Shown here: positions 25,101 through 38,390 of the stretch, in pieces
Position numbering within the stretch: position 1 is the first letter of the stretch
Layout: the number at the start of each line of letters is the position of its first letter
Assembly (NCBI GenBank): GCA_013239625.1
Contig: MU053881.1
Span: 5,975,957-6,039,956 of the forward strand
Direction: 5' to 3'
Source of the DNA: Lama guanicoe
Taxonomy: Eukaryota
DNA: 64,000 nucleotides
The notes under the pieces: model-generated
What the model was told of the DNA's origin: nothing
Databases searched by the model: none
Seen by the model: the letters and a program-made list of their open reading frames with translations, nothing else
Translations under genes and position numbers: made by a program

Positions 25101-27549
25101 AGCTCCGGGTGGAGGGGCGGGGAGAGCGAGTTAGAAAGGGTGACTTTTATCCAGGTGACCTTTATCCAGGTGACCTGCAGGGCCCAGAGGAGCCTTCGAG
25201 GAGGTTGGGGCGGTGCTCACTGACAGATGGGGGAATGACCTCCGCCCCAGATGCTGCTGGAGCCCGCGGGTGTCTCCCACCCACCCGGGAGCCTCCGAGA
25301 GCCTGGGCTGGGCCCCCTGCCCTGTCCCCGCCCCCCTCGAGCTGTCACCAGCTCTGTGCCTCTCCCTGCTGCTTCAACATTTTCCTCTTGTGATGGATGG
25401 AAATTTCCCTGCTTGGGTCAAGTCAAATTTCTCCTGATTTGTTGTTTTACACACACTGAGGCCGGAGGCGGATCCTGCATGATTCATAAAGAAAAACGCG
25501 CTGTCTGTGAAGGAGAGTAATTTATAGGCAACGTTTCCCCAGCCTCCAGAGAAGAAACTCACCAGAGGAAGAGGAGGAGGATGCAAGACCTTCGTCCACT
25601 GTGAGTGGCCCGTGTGGCTTCTGGAGCTCCCGGTCAGCCCCTCCGATGGTGGCATGAGTCTGTCAGTGGGTTCTGCTAAAGCTGTGGCTCCCTCTGGTCA
25701 TCCGGCCCAGACCCAGACTTGGGCAATCAGGAGACAAGAGGGGCCGGAGGCCCCCAGCATCCTTCTCTGCCCTCCAGCCCCTCCTTCCTCCCTCCCCACC
25801 CCGCCCCCTCTCTCTGTCTCTCATGTATGAAAATAAATGAAGTTTCCCAGCCCTTCTCGTCTGGAGGGCACTGGGCAGGCACTGACACCCCCTGACCCAG
25901 CCATACATCACGAGGGTCACGAGGTTGCTGTGGACACAAATGCTGGGGACAAGCCTGATCAGTGGCCACCAACACTCCAGGGTTGGGCAGACTTTTGCCT
26001 GGGGTAGGGTTCGACTGGTGCAGAGGATAGACTTCACAAACAGGAGAAAAAGACCGAACAATCTGTCGAAGGAAGAAAGCAACTGAGCGCCTTCTCTGTT
26101 CCGGACACTGTGCCAGCGTTTCACCTACAAAACCTCATTCCTGACCCAGTCAAGGCAGCAATAGCAGCGCTGGTCTCATAGATGAGAAAACTGAGGCTCA
26201 GGGGGAGGAAGGAGTGGTGTCCAGAACTGTGGGTTTGACCACATGCCCAGAAAGTGCCAGCAAGCAGAACATAGGTCTCCTGGGTCCAGAGAGAAGGGAG
26301 GAGAGGGGCAGAAGCAGGAACCAAGATTGGCTTGGGGTGCATCTGAGGATGGTGGGATGTTAATGGGGCTCCAGGTAAGAATAAATTAACAAGGCAGCCC
26401 CCTGCTGGGTCTCATGTCCATATCTGTGAAATGAGAGGTAAGCCTGGATTTTAAATTAAAGTAGCCTCAGGAGGGTGACTTTCAGCTGTCCCCACCCCAT
26501 CCCAGCCACGCCTTCTTTCCCACCATTAAAACATACCTCCTAAACCTGGTCCCCAAAATCACACAAGCCCCATCCCCAACTCTGACATCCAGCAGGGCCC
26601 CAGAGACCCCACCAGCCTCCCTCTCTTCTGCCCACACTCTCTTCTGCCCCAGCACGCTCTCACTCTCTCACTCATCAGTCACTGTGGGCTGTGCCCCGGG
26701 CTGGGCTTTCGGAGGTGTATTGCCATGGTCCTTGTCTCCGTGAGAGGTCTCTGGCTAAAGAGGGGCATACCAGGTGGCCAGTCCCAAGATGAATGGGGAC
26801 ACAGGGCTCAATGACTTCCAAGGAGGTAGGGCCAGCTCTGCCCAGAACCTTCGGGGAAAGCTGGAGCTGGGCTTTGAAGAGTAAGTAGGAGTTTGCCAGG
26901 TTGAAAAACAGGAGATTCCAGGCAGCAGAACAGCACGTGCAAAGCAGAAGTGCAGTCGCCTTCTCTTCTCCCTGTTCTATATATGCCCCCAAGCCTTGAG
27001 CCCACTCTTTGCTGCTGTAGGACCCGAAGCCCCTGCCAGGGCGCAGCCAGGGCCACAAGCCCCTCCAGGCTTCCCCACAATGTCCCCTGGTAAATATGCT
27101 CAGGGACACATGAGTGAACCATAAATTAAGCCTTCTGGGGATGGATTCTGTGGAATAAAAAGCACATTCAGTAGCGAGAATATTTGTTTTTGTTTTCCTT
27201 CTCCGAGTAGATGGAAACATGCACTGACCTCACTTTTCTCACAAGTACAGTAGCTTTCCTGAGCGGCCGTCAGGCCAAGGGTGCCAGGAAAAAGTGGTGG
27301 AACATTCAGCCCCAGAACAAGGACCTCAGTGGCAGCTGTGGCCGGCCAGTGGAATACAGCTGTCAGGCCGCTGACATGAGTTTCCGAGGGGTGGGGAGGA
27401 TCCGGCCGGGGCCTCCCAGGGGGCCCTGAGCACCGCCAGGATGGGACTTTGAGACTGCTGCCCTCCCAATTCCTTTTCTGACACTGCAGACACAGGGTCC
27501 CAGGCAGCAGGCTGGGAGGGGAGCCCACAGAGGAGTTTTGGCATCATCC

Positions 27550-27700
27550 AGACCTGGGTTTCCATCCCGGCTGCCACTTTCCGGCCATGTGACCTCGGCG
27601 AACGGTTATACGTTTCTCAGACTCAGTTTCTTCATCTTCGAAGTGGAGGTAATTAAGCCAACCTCATGGGGTTGTATGAGCTTTAAATATGTGAAAGTAT
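27550..27700 (+). mobile_element. MIR SINE
   Basis: cagacctgggttt...ctcagtttcttcatct...ggttgtatgagctttaaat. Confidence 0.7.
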
Positions 27701-28129
27701 CGAGAAATACAAATCCTCATTTTTCCCCTGACATGTCTGGTTTAGTTCCTACCTTGTCTGTGAAGCCCTGCAGGCCCACCTGGGATCTAAAGTTCTTTTC
27801 CACTTCCATTCACTTTGATGAGCATCCTTCCACAAGAGAAACAGACTCATTCATGCACCCACCCATTCATCCACACGTCCACCCACTCACCCATTCACCC
27901 GTCTACCCATTCACCCATTTTCCCATCCATCCATCCATCCATCCATTTACTTATTTACTCTATGAATATTTCGAACAGCTAAGTACTTTCCCAGTATTGG
28001 GAAGCTGTGTTGTTGTCTGTCTGGGACCTGATCTTCACCACACGTGAACACAGTGCTTACTTCCCCCAAGAGACTGGGTAGGACTGTCCTCAGTTTCCTC
28101 TACAGCCAGCAAAGGGCTTGGCATGGAGC

Positions 28130-28420
28130 CTCATTTGGTTGCAAGAAAACCCAGGCTAACTAGCTTTTAAAAAATGGGAATCTAACGATTTGCATAACCA
28201 GAAGTCCAGGTATAGTTCTGGCTTCAGATATAGTTTGATCCAGGCCTCAAGTGATATTTCCAAGACCTAGGCTCTCTGCATCTCTCACTTCTTCCCTCCT
28301 CCACATAGTAGCATTGCTGGCAGCCTCTACAGCAGCAGCCCCACATTCATTCAGGTTCAAGTACAGCAGGAAAGATTAAACGTCTTCTCCAGAAACTCTA
28401 CTCAGACCACATGGACTGAG
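28130..28420 (-). mobile_element. Old MaLR LTR fragment (MLT1J/K/L-like)
   Basis: ttggttgcaagaaaacc...ctggcttcagatatagtttgatccagg. Confidence 0.65.
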
Positions 28421-30639
28421 AATTGGGGAGAGGTGAAACCTCGAGGTAAATGGGGAGGCGGGGATTTGACCCTGGAAAGGCAAGCACCAACTGCCTACTG
28501 CATCTGCTCCATGCAGGCAATGGGGACCCTAGATGAACGGGAAAACTTAAAGAATTTACACACAAATGGAGGCAGGCCAAGGACACAGAAATACATAAAC
28601 GAGATCACCTCAGATGAAGGAAACTGAAAGGATGACCAAAAAAAAAAAAAAAAAAAAGACAGTGTAGTGACTGAATGATTAGAGGTGAGTTATTTTAAAT
28701 AAGTGGCCAGGGACAGCCTCTCTGAGGAGGTGACAATAAGGTGGGAGCCCAGAGATGCAGTAGGCTGTCGGTGTTAAGGTTTTAATCGTAGAAGGAAGTC
28801 ATCTGATTTGCCTTAATTCTTTTTAAGATCCTTCATCAAAAGACTTTTCATTGAGGGATAAGTGACATAAGGTAAAGTAGAAAAGCACATTCATCCCAGG
28901 AATATAGCTCAGGGTCTTTCCCTGATGGAGACACCCATTCTTCCTTATTCACAATTGTGTAATATTCCGTTTCTTCCACTCTCCCAGTTCTGGGATGTGA
29001 TCGTCTGCTGCCTGTGGCCTGATCTGCATCAGACGTGGACACAGAATGCACTGTGCCTACACTGGCCAGGATCATCTTTGGTTTCCTCTTCAGCCAGCAC
29101 CAGGCTTGCCATTCAGCAGAATAAGCCTCATTTTTGGCCTAGCGGGGTTGAGCTGGGAATTCACTCAGACAGTTCAGGTGAGCTAGACTAGGAACTGCTG
29201 AACTCCTCTCCTCCAGGCCTGACGTCTCCCGGGCTCTGGCCGCCCCTCGACCTACCTCCTTCCTCACCAAGTTCAGGTGCTTACATGTGGCCGGGCAAGG
29301 GGTCTGGTGGTTGCCGAGCCCAGATTCCCTGGTGGCCAGTGTGAGGGACGTCGCGGGAAATGAGAGGAGCTGAGGCCGGCCGCCAGCCGGTGACTCCACA
29401 GCCAAAAAATGTGCTCTTGGCCACGCTCTCCTTCCTCTCTCCTCTCGGCCCTTCCAGGCGGCAAGGAGTTGGCAGGCCCGGGTGCAGATAACGGCGAGAG
29501 CCCCAGGCCCTCTTCTGTCATCGCCTCCCCAACGTGAAACCCAAGACCTTGTTTATTTATGAGGAAATTCTGTTCTGCTGCTCGACAAATGGTGTATGGG
29601 GGCCAGGGCCCATGGAGCGTGGAGCCGGCGCAGCCAGGCCTCAGCGCCCTGCTCCTCTCTGCTGATGCAAGCTCAGAAGGAGAGCTGGCAGCGACTGGGG
29701 GCAGGCTGGACACTCCCCGGATGGGGGCTGGCGGTGGAGGCAGGGGATCCTTCTGCCCCTCCCTTCTGCCTCCCAGCGGCTGAACCCCGAACCCCTCTGC
29801 TTCCCCGAGAGAGCCATCTGTGGACTGGCCAGGAAACCACAGACAAGAATAGCCTGGTGGCCAGACTGATGAATTCGCCGTAGAGCCAGCACCAACCCTT
29901 CCGTGGGACTCGCTTCCTGCCTACCTTCCTGGGAGGATGAAATGAGACTGTGTGAGTACCCGAGGGATGAACGAGGGAAAATAAAATAAAAGATAAAATC
30001 AACAGAGGGCCCACCACGTGTCTGGGGTTTAGATAAGCTATCTCATTCAATTTGCCAACAGCTCGGGCGGGTAGAGGTAGGTCCCAGTTCCATGAGTTCA
30101 CTCAAGTTCAGAGTGGTGAACTAGCTTATCCAGTGCCAGGAAGTATGAGAGATGTGGCTCAAACTTAGGGCTGCTGTCTGACTCTCAGTCTGCCATCTGG
30201 ATGGGGTCGAGTTGAGGACCTACACAGCAGGAGCAAGTGTCCAGTTGTGGCAAGCTATATATGGAAGTGTTTTGTGTCTGACTCGGAGTCTCTGTTCTTT
30301 CCATCACGCCTCCCTGACTCTCCAAGTGAAATGTCCTTAACAATATGCTTGATGGGGTCCCAAACCCCATCCACTTCGGGATGAAGATTGCTCATTTTAA
30401 ATTCCACTTAGATATCAGATGGATGCGATTGAAAGGCCTGGCCCTAGCACAGCTCTTATCATCCAAACAAGAGTCTCTCGCTGACCCTGAATCTTCTGTT
30501 GACATTCCATGTGCATGGCTGGAGTTCGTGAACTTGGAGCTGTGGCACAAACATGTGTTTGTGGAATTGGTCCATCACTCTTCTGCACTGCCAGGGCTTC
30601 AGTCCTCCAACGATGGGGAACAGTTTTGGATGACGGAAG

Positions 30640-30715
30640 CAAGACCGAACACATCGGCTCTGAAGTAAATATAAGTGGGTTAAATGCCTCTATCAAAAGA
30701 AAACGACTTGAGCCT
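30640..30715 (+). mobile_element. Tiny L1 ORF2 5' remnant
   Basis: Translates NISGLNASIKRKRL, resembling the L1 endonuclease start (NVNGLN.PIKR.RL). Confidence 0.6.
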
Positions 30716-30864
30716 CAGAACAACAGACAAGGTCATTCTTTTTTTCCTTGCCAGTTTTCAAAATGTACCCCCACTGAACCCCAAATCTCCCAGGACTCAT
30801 CCCATCCCTCCCAGTCTATGTGGACCCCTACATCTCTGATTTCCCTAACATGCCAGCTTGCTCT

Positions 30865-31390
30865 GTTTTTCTTACAAAAATTTTTAGACATACTTAAAAG
30901 GATAGAAAATAATAGGATACCCATTGATCTAGCACTGAGATTTAATAGAGGCTGACATTTGCCCTATGCATTTCTGCTCTTTTTCCTGGACTTTGTCACT
31001 TCCCTCCCAGAAGTAATCAGTGACTTGAAGATGATGCATGTAACAATTTCCATGCAAATGTAATACCTTTTTTCCATATAGGCATGTCCATAAACTATAT
31101 AAAATTGCTTTGTGTCTTTAGAATTTCTCTAAATAATATCATGCAATAGACATCCTTTTGTAATTTGGTTTTGGAGAATTATACATACTGAGACCCATCA
31201 CTGTCTCCCAATAATTTTAACTGCCATGTAGCACTCATTGGATGAATAACAGATTGTTTATCCATTTATCCATTGATAGACAACTATTTCCACTTTTTTA
31301 AAAAAAAATCACAGACAGTGCTTTGTCAAATTAGCTTCCTCGTACACGCAAGCGAGCAGTTCTCTGGAAGTAGAATTTCTTAGTCGGGCT
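30865..31390 (-). mobile_element. Old L1ME-type 3' fragment
   Basis: T-rich; ttttaactgccatgtagcactcattggatgaata...tttatccatttatccattgatagaca. Confidence 0.6.
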
Positions 31391-31722
31391 GGTTTTAACA
31401 CTTACCCGATATCTGTTATCTGCTTGCTACTTTCCTCTCTAAGGATGCGGTTAGACAGGGCTTCATAAACAGGATTTGAGTTGAGGCTTGAAGAGAAATT
31501 GTGGTACTAGCAAGGGATACAAGCCACCAAGACTGGGTTACACCGTGGCGTGCCCTGTCACACTCTTTACCATTAACTCACCCTGGAGCCAGAAGTGTGA
31601 TCTGTTATTAGAGTTGAGGACTTGAAGGAGCCAGTCTCTTTTTTTTTTTAAATCACATCCTCAGGTTTGTTCGATTGACACTTATTAATTCTTGTGCCAA
31701 CTCCCATTTCAGAGCTGAGAGC

Positions 31723-31906
31723 CAGTGGTTTCTAAGCCTGGCTGTGCATCATGTTCCCCCCCAGGGAACTTTTAAAATATACTGATTTCTGAGCCCACAC
31801 CTGCAGTTCTAGGTTCACTGGGTCTGGAATGGGGCCTGGGAATCTGTACTTTTTAAAAAACCTCCCCAAGTGATTCTGCGGCAGCCAGTTTGTGGCCCCA
31901 GCACTG
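31723..31906. mobile_element. MER5A (hAT-Charlie non-autonomous DNA transposon)
   Basis: cagtggtttct...cactg termini; ggtctggaatggggcctgggaatctgtactttttaaaaaacctccccaagtgattct. Confidence 0.85.
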
Positions 31907-32329
31907 GAGAAGCATTGATGGAAACCACTAATGATGTCTGTTGGTAAAGCTGTCGTTGACAAGAGGATGTAGTCTCTGGTTACATGCTCACGGGCTCACC
32001 TTGCCCACTCATCCCCCATCCCCACTCCATCACTGTGCACCTGGGAGCACAGTGGGCGTGGCCTCCTCTGAGAAGTCCACAAGCCCCTCATTACACCTTT
32101 AATGGGGACTTGTTCCCTGTATTGAAGAATCTGACAGCCAAGGAGGGACCCAGTTGATCTCCTTGACCAAACAGAGTGGACCCTTGCCTTCTTGTCCTTC
32201 TCACTGTTTCCACTGCACTGGCTGGAGAAGGGGGCTTGGCTGGGCCATGTGAGAGCCAGTCTATAACATTGCCCATAAGAGAGTGACAAAAACAATGCCA
32301 ACACAAAGAGCATTCTCGGCCAGGAGGGA

Positions 32330-32420
32330 ATTATTATGATCCCCATTTTACAGACAGGGAAACTGAGGCACAGCTCGGAAGTGATGGAGCTGGGATTCAG
32401 CCAGGCAAACTGAATTCAGC
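32330..32420 (-). mobile_element. MIR SINE fragment
   Basis: ccccattttacagacagggaaactgaggcacag. Confidence 0.75.
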
Positions 32421-33489
32421 ATCCTTGGTCAGAATCATTTTGCTAGACCCTGCCATCCCCTGCCATCCCCTCACTCTGGTAGGGCAAGTCTCCCACGGGA
32501 GGTGTTGCAAAGGGCACCCATATCTGGTCCCTCCTGTTCTGGGGGCGATGTAGGGAGTCTCTAGTCTGTATTGCACCTTTTCTGATATTAGTCCTTGCAT
32601 TGAAAATAAATTGTAGCTCTTCATATGTGAATGATAATAGAACAAGAGCTGCCATTGCCTGAGCTCGTAACCATGGCTACATTCCAGACCCATAAAGACA
32701 CAGTTCACATGGGTCTTCGCATGCAACACTCCCCCCACCCACACACACAGTCCGCCAGACACATACACACAGCACTGCATGGGCATCTGAACAGCCCTCC
32801 TATGAGAGAACTGAGCCATAGAGAGGCGGGGTCGCTTGGCCCAGGGTCACGTGGCCACTCAGCTGAGCTTGCAGAGCTTCTCACCCCAGGGATCTGTTCT
32901 TTCCACTTCGTGTGCATTCTAGCTCCTTCTTTAGAGTGAGGTCAATGCATATAATAGCAACAAACAAGAATCAAAGTTAGTAACAATACAGCCTCTCCCA
33001 GGAGGGAGGGGAGCCCTGCCCCAGGACTGGAACAATGACCAGTTTCTTGGGACCTTCCTTCCAAGATCAGGAAGAACCAGAGTGTTTTGACTGTGGTCAG
33101 TTCATTCTGAACTGCTCATGGCAGTGCTTCCCCGCTGCCTACTGCCCACTCCAGGCTTGTGCCCTCCAGTCTGCTCTCCAGCCAATCCCAGAGCCAACTG
33201 CTATGTGCTAATCTGCTGCTGTCACTCCCTGTCTGGAAAAACTGCGCGGGCTCCCTATCACCATTTCCTTTCTAGGTAAGAAAGCTCAGAGGGTGCCAGC
33301 TCTCAGCACATCCCAAGTCGTCAAGATATCCGCGAGGCCATTCCTGCACAACATTAAGTGAGTCCCGCCAGGAACTGGGGATAAAGAGATAAATAAAACC
33401 ACAAATGGTAAGTATCAGCTCCCCAATTAGGTCTCCAAGGCAGACATTGCCGGCTGTTCTCGGCTTCCTGCCACTTCAGAATCCCCCTA

Positions 33490-33940
33490 GATCTGCTCTG
33501 AGACTGCAGTCACTGGCCACGCGAGGCTCCTGAGCACTTCAAATGTACCTAGTGCCGCTAAAAAACTGAATTTTTAATTTTTCAACTAATTTAAATTTAA
33601 CAGCTGATCACCCACTTATTACAAATTTTTACATACGTTTGGAACAACTTGGGGATGTGACTCCACTTCAACTATAAGCTTTATGAAATCTGAATAAACA
33701 GCATGTATTTCTAATGAAAACAGCATCTGAATTAAGTGCAAGTGTAATCTACACATGGAACTTTGAAGACTTGGTCTGAAAACCATAATGCAAACTATCT
33801 CATTAATAATTTTTATACTGACTGTATGTTGAAATGATATTCAGATATATTGAGTCAAATGAAATACACTACTGAAATGAATGTCACCTATTTATTTTTT
33901 GAGTGGAGCGACTGGAAAATTTTAAATTACCCACGTCTCC
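33490..33940. mobile_element. hAT-Charlie element (MER33/Charlie1-like)
   Basis: cactggccacgcgaggctcctgagcacttcaaatgt; ctcattaataattttttat-type AT core with atgttgaaatgata; actggaaaattttaaattac. Confidence 0.8.
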
Positions 33941-35961
33941 CGTGACAATCCTGACAATCGTGATGATCCTATTGATCTGCACCTCCCTAGGCAGAGAACT
34001 CTGGGCAGCCACGACCAATCGATCAGAGCTGGCACACTGAGGTACAAACTGTTTGCCATCCCTGGATAAGAGATAGTCCCTGTTTAGTGGAACTCACAGA
34101 GAAGTCAGAAAACTGGAGGAGATAACGCGGTAAGAGATGCAATTGAGCTGTACAAGGTGTGTGGGAGCAGAATGCTGGATTGATTGGTTCTGCCTTTTAG
34201 GCAATGGCTTTTGAACAGATGCTGGAGCAGGAGAAGGGCTTTCCAGGCAGAAAGAACAGCACAGGTTGGGGCACCGAGGTGTGAGAGTGCCCAGCAGGTG
34301 GCCGAAAGGGGAGCAGTTGGGTGGGGCAGCTTTGAGTTCAGTGGGAGCACCCCATTTGAAGATGCATGAGCTCTGTTCTCCTACATGTTCAGAGGCAGAA
34401 AGGGAGACCCCAGCTCTGGTCCATAGCCAATGGCAGACACTTCATGTACCCCTGTCCCTGCTCCCCTTCCTAACTCCCAGGTCTTTGATGAGCCTGGAGA
34501 CACAGTTAGGAGTGCAGAAAGGAGAACAAATCCTAAATCTTTGAAAAACCAAAAAATGCTCCAAATCTTGAGAGCAGGCTACCACAGCTAGGGCTGGATC
34601 AGAGGTGGGAATTAGTTCACGTGTAAGAGTCAAGCTGTAGTCCGCTGGAGCCCCATGCTTTGGCTCCATAGGTGACTCATTATTTTTTATCCATTGATCC
34701 ATTCATCATTCAATGTCTATTCAGCAGCTACTTGGGGGGAATGAATTATGGAGGATACAAAGACAAAGTCCAAACACAGTTTACTAAGGTTGGGAACTCA
34801 AGACATACTCATTAAAAATTTAACTAATATCACCAAAGAACTTAGTACAAATGTGGTATAAAGTGAGTGCTCCATAAATGTTTTCCATGGCATGCACAAG
34901 GATGTTCATTACAGTATTGTTTATAACAGTAAAAACTAGAAACAACTTAAGCTTCAGATGTCAAACTGCATGGGCGACTGTGAAGCCATGGGAGGGCGTC
35001 TCACTCTCTCTTTGAGTACTAAACAGGGCTATTTGGACTCCAGTGTAATACAGAACTGTCCCTTCTGCTGACAGCCTGCTGCTAGCTTATTGTTGAACCC
35101 AGAGATAAGTCCAGGAACTTGGGCTGAAGACAAATCCAGGGAGTATCTTTGTGCCTTTCTCAAGACTCCCCAGGTCAGCCCTCTGTGCCTCAGTCCTTCT
35201 GTCTCCCAAGAAACTCCTTGCTCCTCTTGTCTGCTGAGTGAAAGGTCTAGTTACCTTTTAGACAAGCCTCACCTTGGTCAACCGTTTGCAACCTCTGAGC
35301 TCAGGAGATCCATGATAATAAAGAGCTTTGAGTATGAAAAACTTTCAGCAGGCATAGACCTACTTTATTTTTTATTTTCATCTCAATGCTGGGAGGTACC
35401 AAAGGGAGGATTTGTCTCCCCATTTCACAAAAGAAGAACCTTGAGGCCTTGGCTGAGATGCTGTGAGCCTAAAGACACAGGCGAGAGCCAGATTTGGGAG
35501 GAAGAACATGGGAACATGTGCCTGAGGTTACTCACACCTGCTCATCCCTGAGGCTGCGAGGACACACTTAGTAGGGATCAAGCTTGGCTAGATTCCTGAA
35601 GGTTCAGGACTGTAGTGAAAAGAGCACTGGCTTTGGGGCCAGCCAGACCTGGGTTCAAATCCTGACTCCAGCACCATTTACCCATGTGGTCTTAGCTAAG
35701 TTATGCTCTACCTTATGGAAAGTCATGCCTCTCCCCCCACCCCCATACACATACACACACCTAGAGAGGGAACGAGGCTGTCATGAGGAAATACCTCAGG
35801 GGGCAGTTCAGACATCAAATGAAAATGCTGCACAAGTAAACATGAACACGATGCTCTTCCTTGTATTGGCTTCATCCATTGACGTGGCACCTGGAATCCC
35901 AAAGGAGAACCACTGCCAGGAAGGCTGTGGAAGTCCTAGCTTGCCCTTTAGGGTTTGAAGG

Positions 35962-36435
35962 TTGTAATGAATGGCAGATCACTTGGGGCTACCCGAAATC
36001 TATTCATCCTGCCTACTAACACACAAAAAAAGTCTTTCTCAGAAAATAACCACGCCCTCTTTACGTGAATTCTTCGTGGAAAAGGGCATCCAGGTGCTGC
36101 CCCAGCAATGGGAAAGCCAAGAGGCTATGTCCTTCCTCCCACAGACCTGGTAGAGTTGGGGGCAAGAATGTGACACCCAGACTGAACTCCCTGTCAGGGC
36201 TTGGCCTTGATCCTGCAAGGAAAGGAGGATGGCAGTGAAGGAGTGGCTGAGTTTACAGCGCCTGCTACAAGAAGGTTACCATGGTTCTGAGAGGTGCCCA
36301 GAGATGCATGGCCATCTTCCTTTCTAAGCCTGCTCCTCCCACCACCTACCAATTCTATGGTTTTTCAGCATTCTTCTAAGGGCTACCCAGCCAGCACTGT
36401 TAGTCAGCTCTGGCGTCTGTTGCTTGCAACCAATG
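35962..36435 (+). mobile_element. Old MaLR LTR (MLT1-family), degenerate
   Basis: Ends gttagtcagctctggcgtctgttgcttgcaaccaa, resembling the MLT1H-L 3' end. Confidence 0.5.
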
Positions 36436-36599
36436 AACTCAGAAAGGCAAATGTAGCATAGGCATTCAGTAAATCTTTGTTGAATGCATGCGTGAATGAA
36501 TGAAGAAATGAATGTATTATGAACGGATGTACAAATGAATGAATGTAATAGTGAATGAGTCATAACAAAGGCCTCTCTTTGCACTTATCACACCACCCT

Positions 36600-37036
36600 T
36601 CCCCGACTCTCCGGCAAAAGCTATAAGGAACCTTGTGTCAGTGCCTTGATGTTCAGGTTCCCTCCCTCTACAGGGTCTTGTCACACACTGTCCCCTCTAC
36701 TAGAGATGATCCTTCTCTTCACCTTGGTAACTCTTAATCTTCACACTGAGTCATTTCCTTGGGGAAGCCCCATGGCTCTCCCAAAACCACAGCCAGAGCA
36801 GGCCTCCTTATGGTCTCTCTGGTATACCACTGGTGTTTTCCATCGAAACACCTATGTCAGTAGATTGAACACTTCGGTGTCGTCATTTGATTAATGTGAA
36901 TCTGTCTAGACTCTCATCTCGCTGAAGGCAGGGATAAGGTTTGTTTTGCTTGGCAACCTATCTCTACACCTAGTCTGTGCTTTAAAGGCAGCGAGCATGC
37001 AAATATCTGTATAGAATCTGTTTCACAAATAAATGA
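36600..37036 (+). mobile_element. LINE-2 3' region
   Basis: ctagactctcatctcgctgaaggcagggat...aaatatctgt...aataaatgaa. Confidence 0.6.
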
Positions 37037-38019
37037 AGAGTGAGGCCCCTTGGAAGGAAAGAACAGGAGATCCTGATCCCAGTAAACACTCAATACATGC
37101 CTGCTGTTGAACTTGAACTTGACAGCTCAAGCCCATACCCAAGGTCAGTGCATAGAGATTAGCTGATGAACAGGAAGAGAGCCCGAGGTGGAGGTGAGGG
37201 AGGGAAGTGGTTATAAGAAACCTGCAAAGACAAAGGCTCAGTGGGGAGGCAGGAGACAGCCCAGTGCCAAATTGTTCCTCTGCCTTAGCTGTGGGCCAGC
37301 CCGGAACCCAGGTGTCCCGGGGCCCAGTGTGCTGCCTGTTCTCTTAGGCATTAGGAAACCTGCCCTGAATACTAAACAGCCTATGTCCCCACCATCCCCT
37401 GCCTGAAAGAAAGGAGAGCCCACAGGAAAACAGCTCTTCAACCCCCATAGCTGGAGCCCATCCCGGTGAATCATCCTTCCAGACACATTGGGCCTCCAAG
37501 TGGAAAGTGGCCCCACAGGCTGGACTGCTGCCTCCCTCTTGGGGTCACGAGACCCTGAGCAGCACCCCAAGGCCAAGGCCCAGGGGTCTGGGAACCTGCC
37601 TGGCTCCCCACAAGCCTCCTTTCCAGGAGGGTGACTCATCTCTTCAGGGACCTTGACAACTCCGGCTGGCATCAGGAGCAGCTGATGAAGACACATGCTC
37701 CTGGAAACCAATCCCCCAGCCGAGGAGGGAGGAGGAGGCAGGCCCAGGGAGTGGGCGTGGGGGCAAGAAAAGAAACCGTGGTTCTGAATTTTAACGATTT
37801 TTGAAAGAAAACTGAGTAAACTCGAGTTAGCTGTTAGTAACTTAGAATGATGGGGCTGTTTTCACTCTGGTACCTAATAAATAACTTTTGATTTGGTTTC
37901 CAAGGATAGACTGAGCACTTCAAAGGACCTCCGTGGGGAGGAAATGAGCCTCTCCCTCCATGCCCTCCAAACTCAGGTGAGGACTGAGGTCACCAGCTGG
38001 AGGGGCTCATCAGGGTGGG

Positions 38020-38390
38020 GCCGGACCGACTCCCTGGCGGCTGACAGACTTACCAACTGATTGACTGACTGGAGAGCTGACTGGCCAACAAGCTCATGGA
38101 GAGACTGACCGACAGGCTGACGGACTGGTGAAATAACCAAGTGATGGTTGAGCCAACGGAGTGGTTGATGCTCCAGTGAACAGACTGACTTCCAGTTGAT
38201 AGACAGATGGACTAGTGGCCAGCCAACAGACCAACTCAGCGACTGACTCAGTGAGCTGGCGGTTAACCTGCCTGCCTCTCCAAAACCCTAGATAACCAGC
38301 TGACTAAATGACCAACAGGCTGATGAACCCACCTACTCATGGACTGACCGAAGACTGTGGAGAGGACGAGGGCAGATTGACCGACACAAT
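38020..38390. repeat. Degenerate (GACT/GACC/AACT)n tetranucleotide tract
   Basis: Recurrent ctga/actg/acca/acag 4-mers. Confidence 0.7.

Noticed and set aside
30509..30955. 148-aa ORF
   Set aside because: Only recognisable part is a 14-residue L1 endonuclease remnant; the rest is non-coding read-through.
34291..34302. CTCF core CCAGCAGGTGGC
   Set aside because: Isolated core in an L2-like segment with non-consensus 3' flank; not supportable without ChIP data.
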